64,000 nucleotides of DNA. Origin: a virus. A program made the position numbers and the translations under genes. The notes under the pieces are model-generated. The model did no database searches, was not told the DNA's origin, and saw nothing but the letters and a program-made list of their open reading frames with translations. Below, in pieces: positions 18,418-27,454 of this stretch (position 1 is the first letter of the stretch; each line of letters opens with the position of its first letter). Where the stretch lies: IMG/VR virus record IMGVR_UViG_3300032236_001100, positions 1 through 64,000 of that record; one strand, 5' to 3'.

Positions 18418-18819
18418 CTAACATGCCGCCTCGCGGTTAATCCGCTCAACCAGATCCTCGTCGGTCTTACCAGCGACCTTGGCAACCAGACGGCCTGGGC
18501 GTTTCGCGTTGGGAGCGTAGATCGCACCCTTGTGCTGTTTGGCATATCGCTTGGGAGTCCGCATGCAAGACGCGCACACGCTGATCTGGGTATCGGCATC
18601 AAACAGCGGATCGTCTCCACTGCCCTCGGCCTTCTGGCCCCCGCAAATCTTGCAGGATCGAGCGATCTTGGGTAGCCCCTGGTTACTGCCTGGCACCGGC
18701 GACTTCGTGTGTCGCTCCCTTTCAGGAGTCCACGCTGGGTCCACACCAAAGTACGCGAACGATGTCCGTGGCCTTCGCATGCAGTCCTTGAGTCGATCTA
18801 TGTCAGACAGTCTCGACAT
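18418..18819 (-). CDS. Zn-ribbon protein
   Basis: CKIC...CASC; AAGGAG RBS. Confidence 0.6.
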   Translation of the reverse strand: MSRLSDIDRLKDCMRRPRTSFAYFGVDPAWTPERERHTKSPVPGSNQGLPKIARSCKICGGQKAEGSGDDPLFDADTQISVCASCMRTPKRYAKQHKGAIYAPNAKRPGRLVAKVAGKTDEDLVERINREAAC

Positions 18820-19075
18820 GCTTGGACTCCTTGATGATCTCGCGGAACATGGAGAACTTGCGGCATACCGTTCCAGGGTGAAGACCAAGGGCTATCGCCA
18901 CCTTCTGGTAGCTCCAGCCCTGCCTCCAGAGAATCGCTATCGCCTCATGCCTAGCGAATCGTTTCTCGGTTGCGCTGGTGATCTTACATGGGACATGAGA
19001 CGGAATGGAACTCAGTCCAGTCGCCTCGATGTCCCACAGCCCATCGTCACCATGAACCCGCTTGCCTGTGATCAC
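18803..19075 (-). CDS. Helix-turn-helix protein
   Basis: GWSYQKVAIALGLHPGTVCR. Confidence 0.7.
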   Translation of the reverse strand: MITGKRVHGDDGLWDIEATGLSSIPSHVPCKITSATEKRFARHEAIAILWRQGWSYQKVAIALGLHPGTVCRKFSMFREIIKESKHVETV

Positions 19076-19142
19076 AAGGTGCCCTTGTAATAAACAAGTG
19101 TAACCAATATATCATAACGCAAAACAGGCTCAAACGCAATCC

Positions 19143-19319
19143 CTACCAAGCATCCACAAGCCGCACGGCTGCATGGCAAATGGACTTTCTGGCGATAACA
19201 CACATGCGGCAAACCCAAAAGCACAGGGAATGAAGCTCAAAGAAAACAAACTCTCCAAGCAGCAGTGGGGCAATAAAAATCGCCACGGCCACAATCAGAA
19301 GCATGTCCTTGATTCTCAT
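19143..19319 (-). CDS. Small hydrophobic protein (58 aa, not in ORF track)
   Basis: ATGA overlap with the dut stop codon; MRIKDMLLIVAVAIFIAPLLLG... Confidence 0.45.
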   Translation of the reverse strand: MRIKDMLLIVAVAIFIAPLLLGEFVFFELHSLCFWVCRMCVIARKSICHAAVRLVDAW

Positions 19320-19738
19320 TTGCCGCTGCTCCCAAACCCTTTGTCTCCGCGCGGAGACTCGTCCAGTTCTTCGGCTTCCATGATGACTACGTCGATGACC
19401 CTGGTCATGATGCCCTGCGCGATCTTGTCGCCAACATTCACCACGTAGGCTGACTTGCTGGTGTTTGCCAATATCACCTTAATCTCACCCCTGTAGCCAG
19501 GATCGACCACGCCTCCACGTACATCCAAGCCTCCGACAGCCATGCCAGATCGTGTCTTGAGAACAAGGCCATAGTTCTCGGGAGTTTGAATCGCAATACC
19601 CGTCTTGATCGGCGTGACATCGCCTGGACTCAAGACAACGTACTGATTGGAGTAAATGTCGATTCCCAAGTCATCGCTGTTCGCCTTGGTGGGAGCCTTG
19701 GCATCAGGAGTGAGTTTCCGAAAGTTAAAAGTAAGCAT
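19316..19738 (-). CDS. dut: Trimeric dUTPase
   Basis: GIDI, RSG, GVVDPGYRGEI, KIAQ and RGDKGFGSSG (motifs 1-5). Confidence 0.96.
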   Translation of the reverse strand: MLTFNFRKLTPDAKAPTKANSDDLGIDIYSNQYVVLSPGDVTPIKTGIAIQTPENYGLVLKTRSGMAVGGLDVRGGVVDPGYRGEIKVILANTSKSAYVVNVGDKIAQGIMTRVIDVVIMEAEELDESPRGDKGFGSSGK

Positions 19739-20366
19739 CTATGTCCTCGGTTTGGATGACGATCTCTTCGATCAGCTTGTGAGACTTGGAGTGAAACTCG
19801 GACAGTGTTGGCGTGTCGTTCAGTAGTATTATATGTGGATTTAGCTCGCCCGTTCTCTGCTCGCTGGAATGCTGGCTGTCCGACAGCGAGAACGACTTCT
19901 CAGCCGGGTCATCCTTCTTGAGCATCCGCTTGACGTGGATCAAGCGGAACACCCAGCCCCGTTCCGCTGCCCACTGCTGGACAATCTCTTGCTCGAACCC
20001 GAACCGGAAATCAGGGATGATGAACCGGGACCGTGGAACCGGGTGATACTTGGCGAGGTAATTGATTTTGATCAGCGTGATCTGGACCCAGGCGGGATTG
20101 AATCCGGCATCTTCCCTGGCTTCCGTACCAAAGATCTGCCAGCCTTTGCGTTTCGACCAGGAATTCTCGTCCAGTTCTTTGGACAGGAACCGCTCGCGGC
20201 CATCCATGTCATCGAAACAGGACTTGAGCGTGTCGCCTAGTCCCAGTGCCGTGAACCCGAAGTGCGTCGAGGCGATCCTGGCGACCTCGTCTTTGCCGGT
20301 CCTCTTGCTTCCCAGGCGTTTGAGTGTGCAGTCATAGGTTGAACCGCACACTCCCAAGATTGTCAC
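19725..20366 (-). CDS. Deoxynucleoside monophosphate kinase-like P-loop protein
   Basis: TGKD, Q.FGTE.R, I.D.RF..E and H.SE motifs; GTGA overlap fixes the start. Confidence 0.75.
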   Translation of the reverse strand: MTILGVCGSTYDCTLKRLGSKRTGKDEVARIASTHFGFTALGLGDTLKSCFDDMDGRERFLSKELDENSWSKRKGWQIFGTEAREDAGFNPAWVQITLIKINYLAKYHPVPRSRFIIPDFRFGFEQEIVQQWAAERGWVFRLIHVKRMLKKDDPAEKSFSLSDSQHSSEQRTGELNPHIILLNDTPTLSEFHSKSHKLIEEIVIQTEDIDAYF

Positions 20367-20950
20367 CAAGGAACTTTCTCCCACTTGTTGTTGGTGAGCC
20401 GGTCAAACATGTTCCACCACATCTCACGAGCCAGGTAGCGGTTCTCGGCGTAGTGCCACAGGTTGTCGGGAAGGTCGAACTCTGTAGCGTAGACCTTGTA
20501 TTTCTTCCACCAGGGTCCGAGTGGCCGTGGCATGAAAGCCGATGCCTCGTGGTACAGCATGGCCTTGTCGGCCTTATGGACAATCTCTGGGATCTCGACA
20601 TGGCATCCGAACTTGCGAGCGATCACGCCCCACAGGTTTTCCTCGGCGGCACGATACTGCCCAAAGATCGGGGTGGCTTTCAGCGGCGATGGTACGTCAC
20701 CCAGGTAGGCTTCAGTGGCATCGTGCATCAGGGCTGTCAGCTTGAACTCATCGGGCACCAGTTTGGCAACCCAGTACGAATGGGCCAGCACCGTGAACGA
20801 GATCCTGCCATGCCCCAGGTAACGCGATGTGCGATTCAACGAGGTAACGATATCCTCGATCTGGATCGTTTCAGGATCAGGATCGAACGGAAACACCGTC
20901 TGGCCGGTGGTCGTCTCGATGAAGGCATCTTCTGCACGGATGGGCTTCAC
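20363..20950 (-). CDS. HD-domain 5'-deoxynucleotidase-like phosphohydrolase
   Basis: V.AHS, ALMHDATEAYLGD.PSPLK, V.KAD. Confidence 0.88.
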   Translation of the reverse strand: MKPIRAEDAFIETTTGQTVFPFDPDPETIQIEDIVTSLNRTSRYLGHGRISFTVLAHSYWVAKLVPDEFKLTALMHDATEAYLGDVPSPLKATPIFGQYRAAEENLWGVIARKFGCHVEIPEIVHKADKAMLYHEASAFMPRPLGPWWKKYKVYATEFDLPDNLWHYAENRYLAREMWWNMFDRLTNNKWEKVPW

Positions 20951-21924
20951 TTGGATGTTCCCCCATCGGACTTGAGCGTGATACTCTTGGGCAGGATTCG
21001 CTGGAGTTTCTCAAGAAGCTCGTTCAATTCACGCCGGTTGTAGTATGACGTGTGGCTGTACTCACCGACGACCAGGCTATCGCAGAATCCCTGAATGGCC
21101 TTAACGCCTTCATCTTGGATTGGAAAAGACATGCAAACGCACTCCAGCATGGACCGGATCGCGTTGACTTCCATGCGAGACAGCGTCACACCATGCAGCA
21201 CATAGTCTTCAAATGCACTATATGTCATCGGGAACAGCGGACGAACGAACGATTCGTAGATCGCTTTTGCATACTGGGCGATCTCCAGCTGGGCAGACAG
21301 TCGCTTGCGTGTGAACCCAAGCAGGTTATGCAAATCAATCTTCCAGATGGCTGTTGTGTACTGGCTCAGAGGCAGGTCTTTGCGTGCCTGCTCCCTGGCA
21401 ACACCCAACCTCAATCTGGCCTGATAGACATTCTTGATGGAGTCGTGAAGCCGAAACTCCTGGTAGCTGAGATACTCCCCTGGCGTATCAAATCCCATAT
21501 GCTCGACAGCATAGTCAATGTCTCCAGGCCATTCCGTCAAATATCCTTGACTACCCTGCCTGTTTGACTTGGACTGCAAACGCCATTCGTTTGGATTGGT
21601 CTCAGCCATGTCGTCACAGGCTTCGCTGTAACGAGTGCTAATCTCGTTCACATTTGCCGTTCTATGCCTGATCCACTGCCGCCACGCATCCATCGGGATG
21701 TGGATCTTGAATTTGAGTTCAGCCATCTCGAATGGACTGGTATGGCCGTGCCGCATCATGTACCGCAACAGCGTCTCGTCGTTCGATACTGTCTTGGTGC
21801 CCTTGCCGTAGCTGACACGGGCAGCATCGCAGATGTCTGAATCCGAACCCATGACATCAATCAGCTGGACATAGCCCTTGTCCAGCACGGGCACCTTCTT
21901 GCCGATCAGTTCTTGCTTGTTCAA
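20947..21924 (-). CDS. thyX: FAD-dependent thymidylate synthase
   Basis: AARVSY, H.SPFE, RQWIRHR...NEISTRY, AREQAR..LP. Confidence 0.96.
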   Translation of the reverse strand: MNKQELIGKKVPVLDKGYVQLIDVMGSDSDICDAARVSYGKGTKTVSNDETLLRYMMRHGHTSPFEMAELKFKIHIPMDAWRQWIRHRTANVNEISTRYSEACDDMAETNPNEWRLQSKSNRQGSQGYLTEWPGDIDYAVEHMGFDTPGEYLSYQEFRLHDSIKNVYQARLRLGVAREQARKDLPLSQYTTAIWKIDLHNLLGFTRKRLSAQLEIAQYAKAIYESFVRPLFPMTYSAFEDYVLHGVTLSRMEVNAIRSMLECVCMSFPIQDEGVKAIQGFCDSLVVGEYSHTSYYNRRELNELLEKLQRILPKSITLKSDGGTSK

Positions 21925-21992
21925 TGCGTCTTCTCGTTTGGTTGAGAGATGTTGCTGGTGTATTCTAGAAAGAAACCGAGGTTAGCCTCGTC

Positions 21993-22193
21993 CTATGATT
22001 GTCCTACCTTGTGTTCGCCTACCTTGCTGATGTTGCTTGCCAGTTCTTCCTGGCGGTTCCTAACGTCCGTCTCTTCTCCTCTGGCTACGGATCGCACCAT
22101 CGTGATCACGTCTTCTTTTCGCAGATAGACAGCGTCACGCCAGACAATAAAACGAAAATCGGTCTTTTCTGGCTGTTCTTCCATGTCATTCAC
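21993..22193 (-). CDS. Hypothetical protein
   Basis: Translationally coupled ORF. Confidence 0.55.
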   Translation of the reverse strand: MNDMEEQPEKTDFRFIVWRDAVYLRKEDVITMVRSVARGEETDVRNRQEELASNISKVGEHKVGQS

Positions 22194-22510
22194 GGTTGAT
22201 CTCCAGTGACCGATTGGTTCCGCATGACAATAGCATTCTCGATAGCATGAACTAGGCTTATCGCCATGTCATCGCCTCTGCGTTTGTCTTTGGCTATTCT
22301 TACAGCATTGGGCGAGACCGCCATGAAATCCTGAATGATGGCGTTAGCCTGGTCGGCACACGCACCACATAGGGGCTCAACGCCATCGGCATAAGTCAGC
22401 AGGTGCAAACCAGAGCAATCGTAAAGCCACTCGTCACAACGTCCGCAGAACTTGAACGTCTGGTGCTGCTCAAGATTAGCAAGCGGAACCATCTCAAACT
22501 TGAAAGCCAT
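22190..22510 (-). CDS. Zn-ribbon hypothetical protein
   Basis: CGRC...CGAC; AAGGA RBS. Confidence 0.65.
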   Translation of the reverse strand: MAFKFEMVPLANLEQHQTFKFCGRCDEWLYDCSGLHLLTYADGVEPLCGACADQANAIIQDFMAVSPNAVRIAKDKRRGDDMAISLVHAIENAIVMRNQSVTGDQP

Positions 22511-22595
22511 CGTCTATCCTTTTGCGTGTATGGACGTGGGAAGTCCGTGCCCTGCTGGTCGCGCAGGGCACGCTGAATTTTGAGTTTGCTTACGA

Positions 22596-23087
22596 TCACA
22601 GAATCGCTGGCGTTTCGTACTTACAGGCTATCTGCCGTGGCTTGATCCAGATCCAGATTCGACGCTGGCCCAGCGACTCGACTGCTTCCTTGAACTGGTC
22701 CCACGGAACCCGGCTCTTGCCCTGGATCTCTTCGTACTTGATCCTGCCACCCCACGGGGCCAAGGAGCGAGCAGCATCAAACACGGTCTGCTCGACCTTG
22801 CTGAGATCGCCTGGAATCCTCAGCACCGGCAGCTTCGGCGGGTTGAAGATGATCACGCCGCAGGAAATCTTGCCACCATCCTCCATGTATCTTGGCAGAT
22901 AGACACGGCTATCGTCGATGATCCCGACAGTCCTCATATAGTCCAGATGCATGTCGGCTACGTCAAACTTGACAGAAGCCCTGCTGGCCACGCCCCTGGT
23001 AGATGGGTAGTCGCTGGGCCTGGACTCGTACATGTACTTGAACGCCCGGTAAACCCGATACTGCTCGGCATCCAATGTGTACTTCAT
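22596..23087 (-). CDS. Hypothetical protein, possibly winged-helix
   Basis: Coupled to the sigma factor gene. Confidence 0.6.
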   Translation of the reverse strand: MKYTLDAEQYRVYRAFKYMYESRPSDYPSTRGVASRASVKFDVADMHLDYMRTVGIIDDSRVYLPRYMEDGGKISCGVIIFNPPKLPVLRIPGDLSKVEQTVFDAARSLAPWGGRIKYEEIQGKSRVPWDQFKEAVESLGQRRIWIWIKPRQIACKYETPAIL

Positions 23088-23725
23088 GCTACACCCCTTT
23101 CACGACGGTCCATCGCAATCTTGAGAGCGTGCAGGCAACGAGAACAAACCTGATCCGCTCGCTGACGACTGAAGCCGAAGATCTGGGCGATCTCAGGTAA
23201 GCTGTGAATTGGCCGTCCCATCAGGCCCCATCGCATCTCAGCAATTTCCCGATCACGGCCATCCAGCACAGCCAGGAGCGACTCCACTTCCTCCCTGCGC
23301 TTCTGAGACTGCTTATCTGTTTCAGTTTGTTGCGATGCGTAATAATCCATCGAAGTAAACTCACCCTCCTGGTGAACCGAGATCTCAACATCGGAACTCT
23401 CAGGGATATGAATGATCCCCTCAGCATAGTTATGCTTGATCTCGCCACGCACCTTCCAGTACACGTAGGTGCTGACCAATGTCTTGCGTGAGAAGTCGAA
23501 GTCACGCATCGCCTTCCACAAGCCTGTCTCGCCGTCCGTCAGCATGCAGTTCCGCATGTACGGCCCCTCGTACCAGGCCGCATGCTTCTTGCAGATCGTC
23601 ATCACCAGAGCGCGATTCAGCTGGACAAACTCCGTCACAGCTTCCTGGTCGCCCGTCTCCTGGTACTTCCTAATCAACTCGCGGTTTCGTTCTTCGCGAG
23701 TAACCTTTCTTACTCTCGTCGCCAT
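23084..23725 (-). CDS. Sigma-70 family RNA polymerase sigma factor 1
   Basis: GD..A...V..N..LV (region 2), GL.KA...FD....STY..W, region 4 SL.EIA..FG.SRQRA.Q; GAGGA RBS. Confidence 0.9.
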   Translation of the reverse strand: MATRVRKVTREERNRELIRKYQETGDQEAVTEFVQLNRALVMTICKKHAAWYEGPYMRNCMLTDGETGLWKAMRDFDFSRKTLVSTYVYWKVRGEIKHNYAEGIIHIPESSDVEISVHQEGEFTSMDYYASQQTETDKQSQKRREEVESLLAVLDGRDREIAEMRWGLMGRPIHSLPEIAQIFGFSRQRADQVCSRCLHALKIAMDRRERGVA

Positions 23726-24239
23726 CCTCGTGGTCCTCTCGGTGAATGTGCTTGAAGCCGTTGGGTACAGCCTCAAACCTCTTGATATCGAACGAAGGGT
23801 TCTTCTTTTTCTTGTTGCACCGGCGAGGGGTGGCAATCACCCAGGCGTGGCCTGAGTAAATCTCAGCCGCCCAGTACGTTTTGACAAGGCCAGGGCTTGA
23901 TGGCCGCACCTTGCATTCGTGATACTCAACCTCGCCGTTCGGCAGAAACACAACAAAATCAGGCTTGTAGGCCACATTGAACTTGCGGGACAGCACAAGG
24001 ACATGGGCCTCATATTGAAATGACTTGATCTCTCCTCTCTTCTTCCTGGCTTCCAAGATCAGCGCGTACCGCGAACTTTGCTCGTCCATTGACTGGTCGA
24101 ACACAATCCTCGAAACGCCTGCCGGATCTTGTCCTGCGATCAACCGATCCGCTTCTTTGCGACTCAGACGAGATCGACCCAAGTTGGCCTCAAAGTCAAC
24201 TGGACGTGTTCCTGAAGTCAGGAAACAGATCGTTGGCAA
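23670..24239 (-). CDS. PD-(D/E)XK endonuclease (DUF1064-like)
   Basis: YKPDF.V......E.HECK; start uncertain. Confidence 0.7.
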   Translation of the reverse strand: MPTICFLTSGTRPVDFEANLGRSRLSRKEADRLIAGQDPAGVSRIVFDQSMDEQSSRYALILEARKKRGEIKSFQYEAHVLVLSRKFNVAYKPDFVVFLPNGEVEYHECKVRPSSPGLVKTYWAAEIYSGHAWVIATPRRCNKKKKNPSFDIKRFEAVPNGFKHIHREDHEDGDESKKGYSRRTKPRVD

Positions 24240-24474
24240 TCAAAGCCATTGCAGAATGCGATAGTTCCTGAAACCCATCGTCCGCTTTGCCAGCAAAGCC
24301 GTGCATCGCGATCTTTGTTACCGATTGAATCTCATCGAACTCGAATCCTTGAGACTGCAAGTCCTCGATCATGTCCGCAAAATCAAACCAGGCAATCGCT
24401 ACTTGACGGCCAAAATGATCCCCAAACCTGAACCTGATATCGTCGAGCGTCAGTTTAGGTCGGGGTTGTGCCAT
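24196..24474 (-). CDS. Hypothetical protein
   Basis: ORF downstream of the operator-like site at 24560; start uncertain. Confidence 0.5.
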   Translation of the reverse strand: MAQPRPKLTLDDIRFRFGDHFGRQVAIAWFDFADMIEDLQSQGFEFDEIQSVTKIAMHGFAGKADDGFQELSHSAMALIANDLFPDFRNTSS

Positions 24475-24577
24475 CGGTGGTGCTGCGAGGTGCAATTCCA
24501 ACAGTCACGGTCAGGATGGAAAGACGATAGCACAAGGTTGGTGATAAAGTCAACAGAAAGTTGACGGCAACATAAAT

Positions 24578-24612
24578 AAAAAAAGCGGACCTCCCCGCAA
24601 GGAAGTCCGCTT
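24578..24612 (-). terminator. Intrinsic terminator after dnaN
   Basis: AAGCGGAC/GTCCGCTT stem plus T-run on the minus strand. Confidence 0.75.
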
Positions 24613-24641
24613 GTAGCGGCATCGACATTTCGAGCAAGCAA

Positions 24642-25754
24642 TTAGATGTCCCTGGTTAACGGGCAAACAACACCCAGAAAGCCATCGTCCGTGACCAGCT
24701 TGATGTGACCCTTTGGCCCTCGCAACTGGACTTCGATCTGCTTTCCTGGCATCGAACCCAGAACATCACGCATGATGCAGGGATCAAACGTCACGGTGGT
24801 TGCTGTGTCAATCTGCCTGGAGACCAGATCCACTTCCACGACCGAATTCCCGGTCTCGCTCCGGTTGCCCACCATCACCGTCTCGTCTGCGTCCATGTCC
24901 ACGCCCGATGAGTCATGGCTGGCCGTGACAGCCGAAGCATCCAGTGCTGCCTTGAAGGCGTCTGTTTCAACGATGAACGTGCCTACCGGCTGATCGTCAG
25001 GGATAGCGTCTTCCCAGCGCGGAAATCGTCCCTGAGTCAAGGCTGTGACCAGTTCCACATCGCCAAACCGAAAGGCCACTCGGTTGGGACTGGTGCCAAT
25101 CGAGATCATGTCGGTTTCGCCCAGTCCAGCCGAGATTCGCTCGACAATCTTCAGCGTACTGGCTGGCACCATCACTGGGGCAAAAGTTGGAACCTCACCC
25201 TTGGCCAGCTTCAGCTTTTGCAGCGACAGCCGCCTGCCGTCCGTGCCAAGACAGGTCAGGATCTCGCCTTGGAAGATATGGGCAATGGCCGAGAGAGCAT
25301 ACGTTGTCGAACCCGGATCAGCGGCATAGCTTGTCCGCTTGATTGCCGCTCGATACTCAGATGCGTTCACCCATGCCTGGCCTTCAACTTCACTCCAGGC
25401 ATCAGGGAACGTGTGGGGATCTTCGGTAGCGAAGCTCCACTTAGCCTTGCCGCATTGCACCTTGAGCTTGCCGTCTTCTGGCTCGTACTGGATCGTCACA
25501 TCCGAGTCCGACTTGGTTGATTTGATCGCCGCAGCAAATCGCTCGTGAGGGATCAGCATCACGCCATCGTCGGCCTTGGCCGCGACTCGCTTCCTGATCA
25601 GGATCTCGTTGTTCGTGCCCACAAACTCCACCACTCCATCGGTCGCTCGCATAAACACGCATTGAAGCGAGACCTTGGGCGAGTTTTTGTTGATGGCATG
25701 GCCAACCGCCATGAGTGCGTCTTCCAGACTCTTCCGACTGATCACGATCTTCAC
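24642..25754 (-). CDS. dnaN: DNA polymerase III beta sliding clamp
   Basis: 370 aa; GTDGRRL, G.FPRW..AIP and C-terminal V.CP.. typical of beta clamps. Confidence 0.92.
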   Translation of the reverse strand: MKIVISRKSLEDALMAVGHAINKNSPKVSLQCVFMRATDGVVEFVGTNNEILIRKRVAAKADDGVMLIPHERFAAAIKSTKSDSDVTIQYEPEDGKLKVQCGKAKWSFATEDPHTFPDAWSEVEGQAWVNASEYRAAIKRTSYAADPGSTTYALSAIAHIFQGEILTCLGTDGRRLSLQKLKLAKGEVPTFAPVMVPASTLKIVERISAGLGETDMISIGTSPNRVAFRFGDVELVTALTQGRFPRWEDAIPDDQPVGTFIVETDAFKAALDASAVTASHDSSGVDMDADETVMVGNRSETGNSVVEVDLVSRQIDTATTVTFDPCIMRDVLGSMPGKQIEVQLRGPKGHIKLVTDDGFLGVVCPLTRDI

Positions 25755-27454
25755 TTGGATTTGAACTCCCTGAACTTGGCGAACCTGTCATTGGTTGCAT
25801 GCCTTGCCTCTTCCCTGCTTAGACTCAACGCGCGTTCCTCACTCCATCCCTGACCCATGAGGAATTTCACCTGGCTATAGCTGGACCTCTTGCGGAAGTC
25901 CCTGTCGGCCCAGAACTCCACAGCCTTCAAAGCCTGGTCGGGCGTCAGGCTGCGTGTGTCATGGATGCCGTAGCTCTTGAGAACATTCTTGATGTTCTCA
26001 CCCACTTCATTATGGGAATAATTGTGGACAGGCTGCTGAATGGGCGAGGCTAGGGCAACGCCCAACGGGTCCAGCTCACGCCGACGATACGATACGGCAC
26101 GCTCCCTGGCGGCAATCTGAAGCCGCATGACCGTGTCGGCCTTCTTCTTTTCTCTGGCTTCCCTGGCACGTTCACGCCGCTCTTCGTCTTCCTTCTCACG
26201 CTCACGCTGTCTCTTCGCCATTTCCAGAATGGTTAGCGGATCAAAGTCCTGCCCCTTCATGCCTCTGGCGATCTCACGACCAATCTGGCACAGGCGAGGA
26301 TCGGGCTCGTCCTCAAAGAACAGATCCAAGGTGGATACTGGTCCTTCGTCGTCGCACTCCCAGGCGAAGCCGATGACCCACCCCACGGTTTTCCCGGTCT
26401 CCGGTGAAATGCGTGTGATCCGTCCAATCTGTTGCATGGCAAGGCCGTGCGACTTGGTTGGCCTACCCATGATCGCGCAGTCGCAGCTGGGGAAGTCTAC
26501 GCCCACGTTCAACAACTGGCACGAGATAATCACGTCCAGTTCGTCCTCGTCGAACTGCCGGGTGATTCCGTCTCTGTCCGGGTTCTCGCCATGCACGGCC
26601 CTGGCTCGTAGGCCCATCGCACTGTATGCCGACTCAAACGCATAAGCCGTTTTGACATCGGGCGTGAAGTGGATCGCCTTGCGAACGCCCAGGCGTTTCA
26701 TTTCCATCCTGGCACCGTTGGCCATCTTGTCCACGGAACCAGAGATCCGGTCTTCCAGTTCCTGCTGGCTGTAATCCTTGCCGTACTTCGTGATTGTCTT
26801 CTTGAGGCCACGCAGGTCGATACCCACGTTGCACTCCACCATCCGCACCGGCACGAGGTGGCCGTTACTGATCGCGCCCGGTCTCCCATCCGGGTAGTCC
26901 TTGAGCGGATAGTGGTAGGCAATACTCTCGAAGATGTCAGGCACCAGCGGCTTGCCATCCGCTCGATACGGGGTAGCCGACAAGCCCACCCAGTATTTGA
27001 TGCCACTGAAGTAGCTCATGAGCATCTTGATCGTCGAGCCCTGAGCCGACTGGCATTCGTCAATAATGCCATAGACAAACTCGTCTGGCCTCCAGAGCGA
27101 GAGCCTCTTGGGTGAGCCTAGTGTCTGCCTGGTGGCGATCACGCAGTCGTAGCCGCCCATCAGGGCCATCGAGTCCTTGGCTCGCCTGTCGCCCATCTCC
27201 ACGGCTGTGGCGATGCCCCAGCGGTGGAACTTATCCTCGGTCTGCTCGACAAGGCGTCTCATGTCTGCAATAAACAAGCACTTGCCATTGTCCCTGATCT
27301 TATCGACCAACTTTGCAGCAGTCACCGTCTTCCCGGTGCCAGTCGCTGCGTGAATGATGGTCTTGCTTCGGCCTTCCTGCCATTCCTTGAGAACGGCTTC
27401 AATCATCTCGGCTTGGACATCATCTCTTGTGGGGGTGGATCGCATGGCAATCAA
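25751..27454 (-). CDS. Superfamily 2 (DExx) helicase
   Basis: ATGTGKT, DECQ, SAT, GVDFP, QQIGRITR. Confidence 0.93.
   Translation of the reverse strand: MIAMRSTPTRDDVQAEMIEAVLKEWQEGRSKTIIHAATGTGKTVTAAKLVDKIRDNGKCLFIADMRRLVEQTEDKFHRWGIATAVEMGDRRAKDSMALMGGYDCVIATRQTLGSPKRLSLWRPDEFVYGIIDECQSAQGSTIKMLMSYFSGIKYWVGLSATPYRADGKPLVPDIFESIAYHYPLKDYPDGRPGAISNGHLVPVRMVECNVGIDLRGLKKTITKYGKDYSQQELEDRISGSVDKMANGARMEMKRLGVRKAIHFTPDVKTAYAFESAYSAMGLRARAVHGENPDRDGITRQFDEDELDVIISCQLLNVGVDFPSCDCAIMGRPTKSHGLAMQQIGRITRISPETGKTVGWVIGFAWECDDEGPVSTLDLFFEDEPDPRLCQIGREIARGMKGQDFDPLTILEMAKRQREREKEDEERRERAREAREKKKADTVMRLQIAARERAVSYRRRELDPLGVALASPIQQPVHNYSHNEVGENIKNVLKSYGIHDTRSLTPDQALKAVEFWADRDFRKRSSYSQVKFLMGQGWSEERALSLSREEARHATNDRFAKFREFKSK

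Noticed and set aside
19316-21924. Z-genome (2-aminoadenine) or other hypermodified-base pathway
   Set aside because: An HD hydrolase is present but no purZ, mazZ or dedicated polymerase is visible in the window
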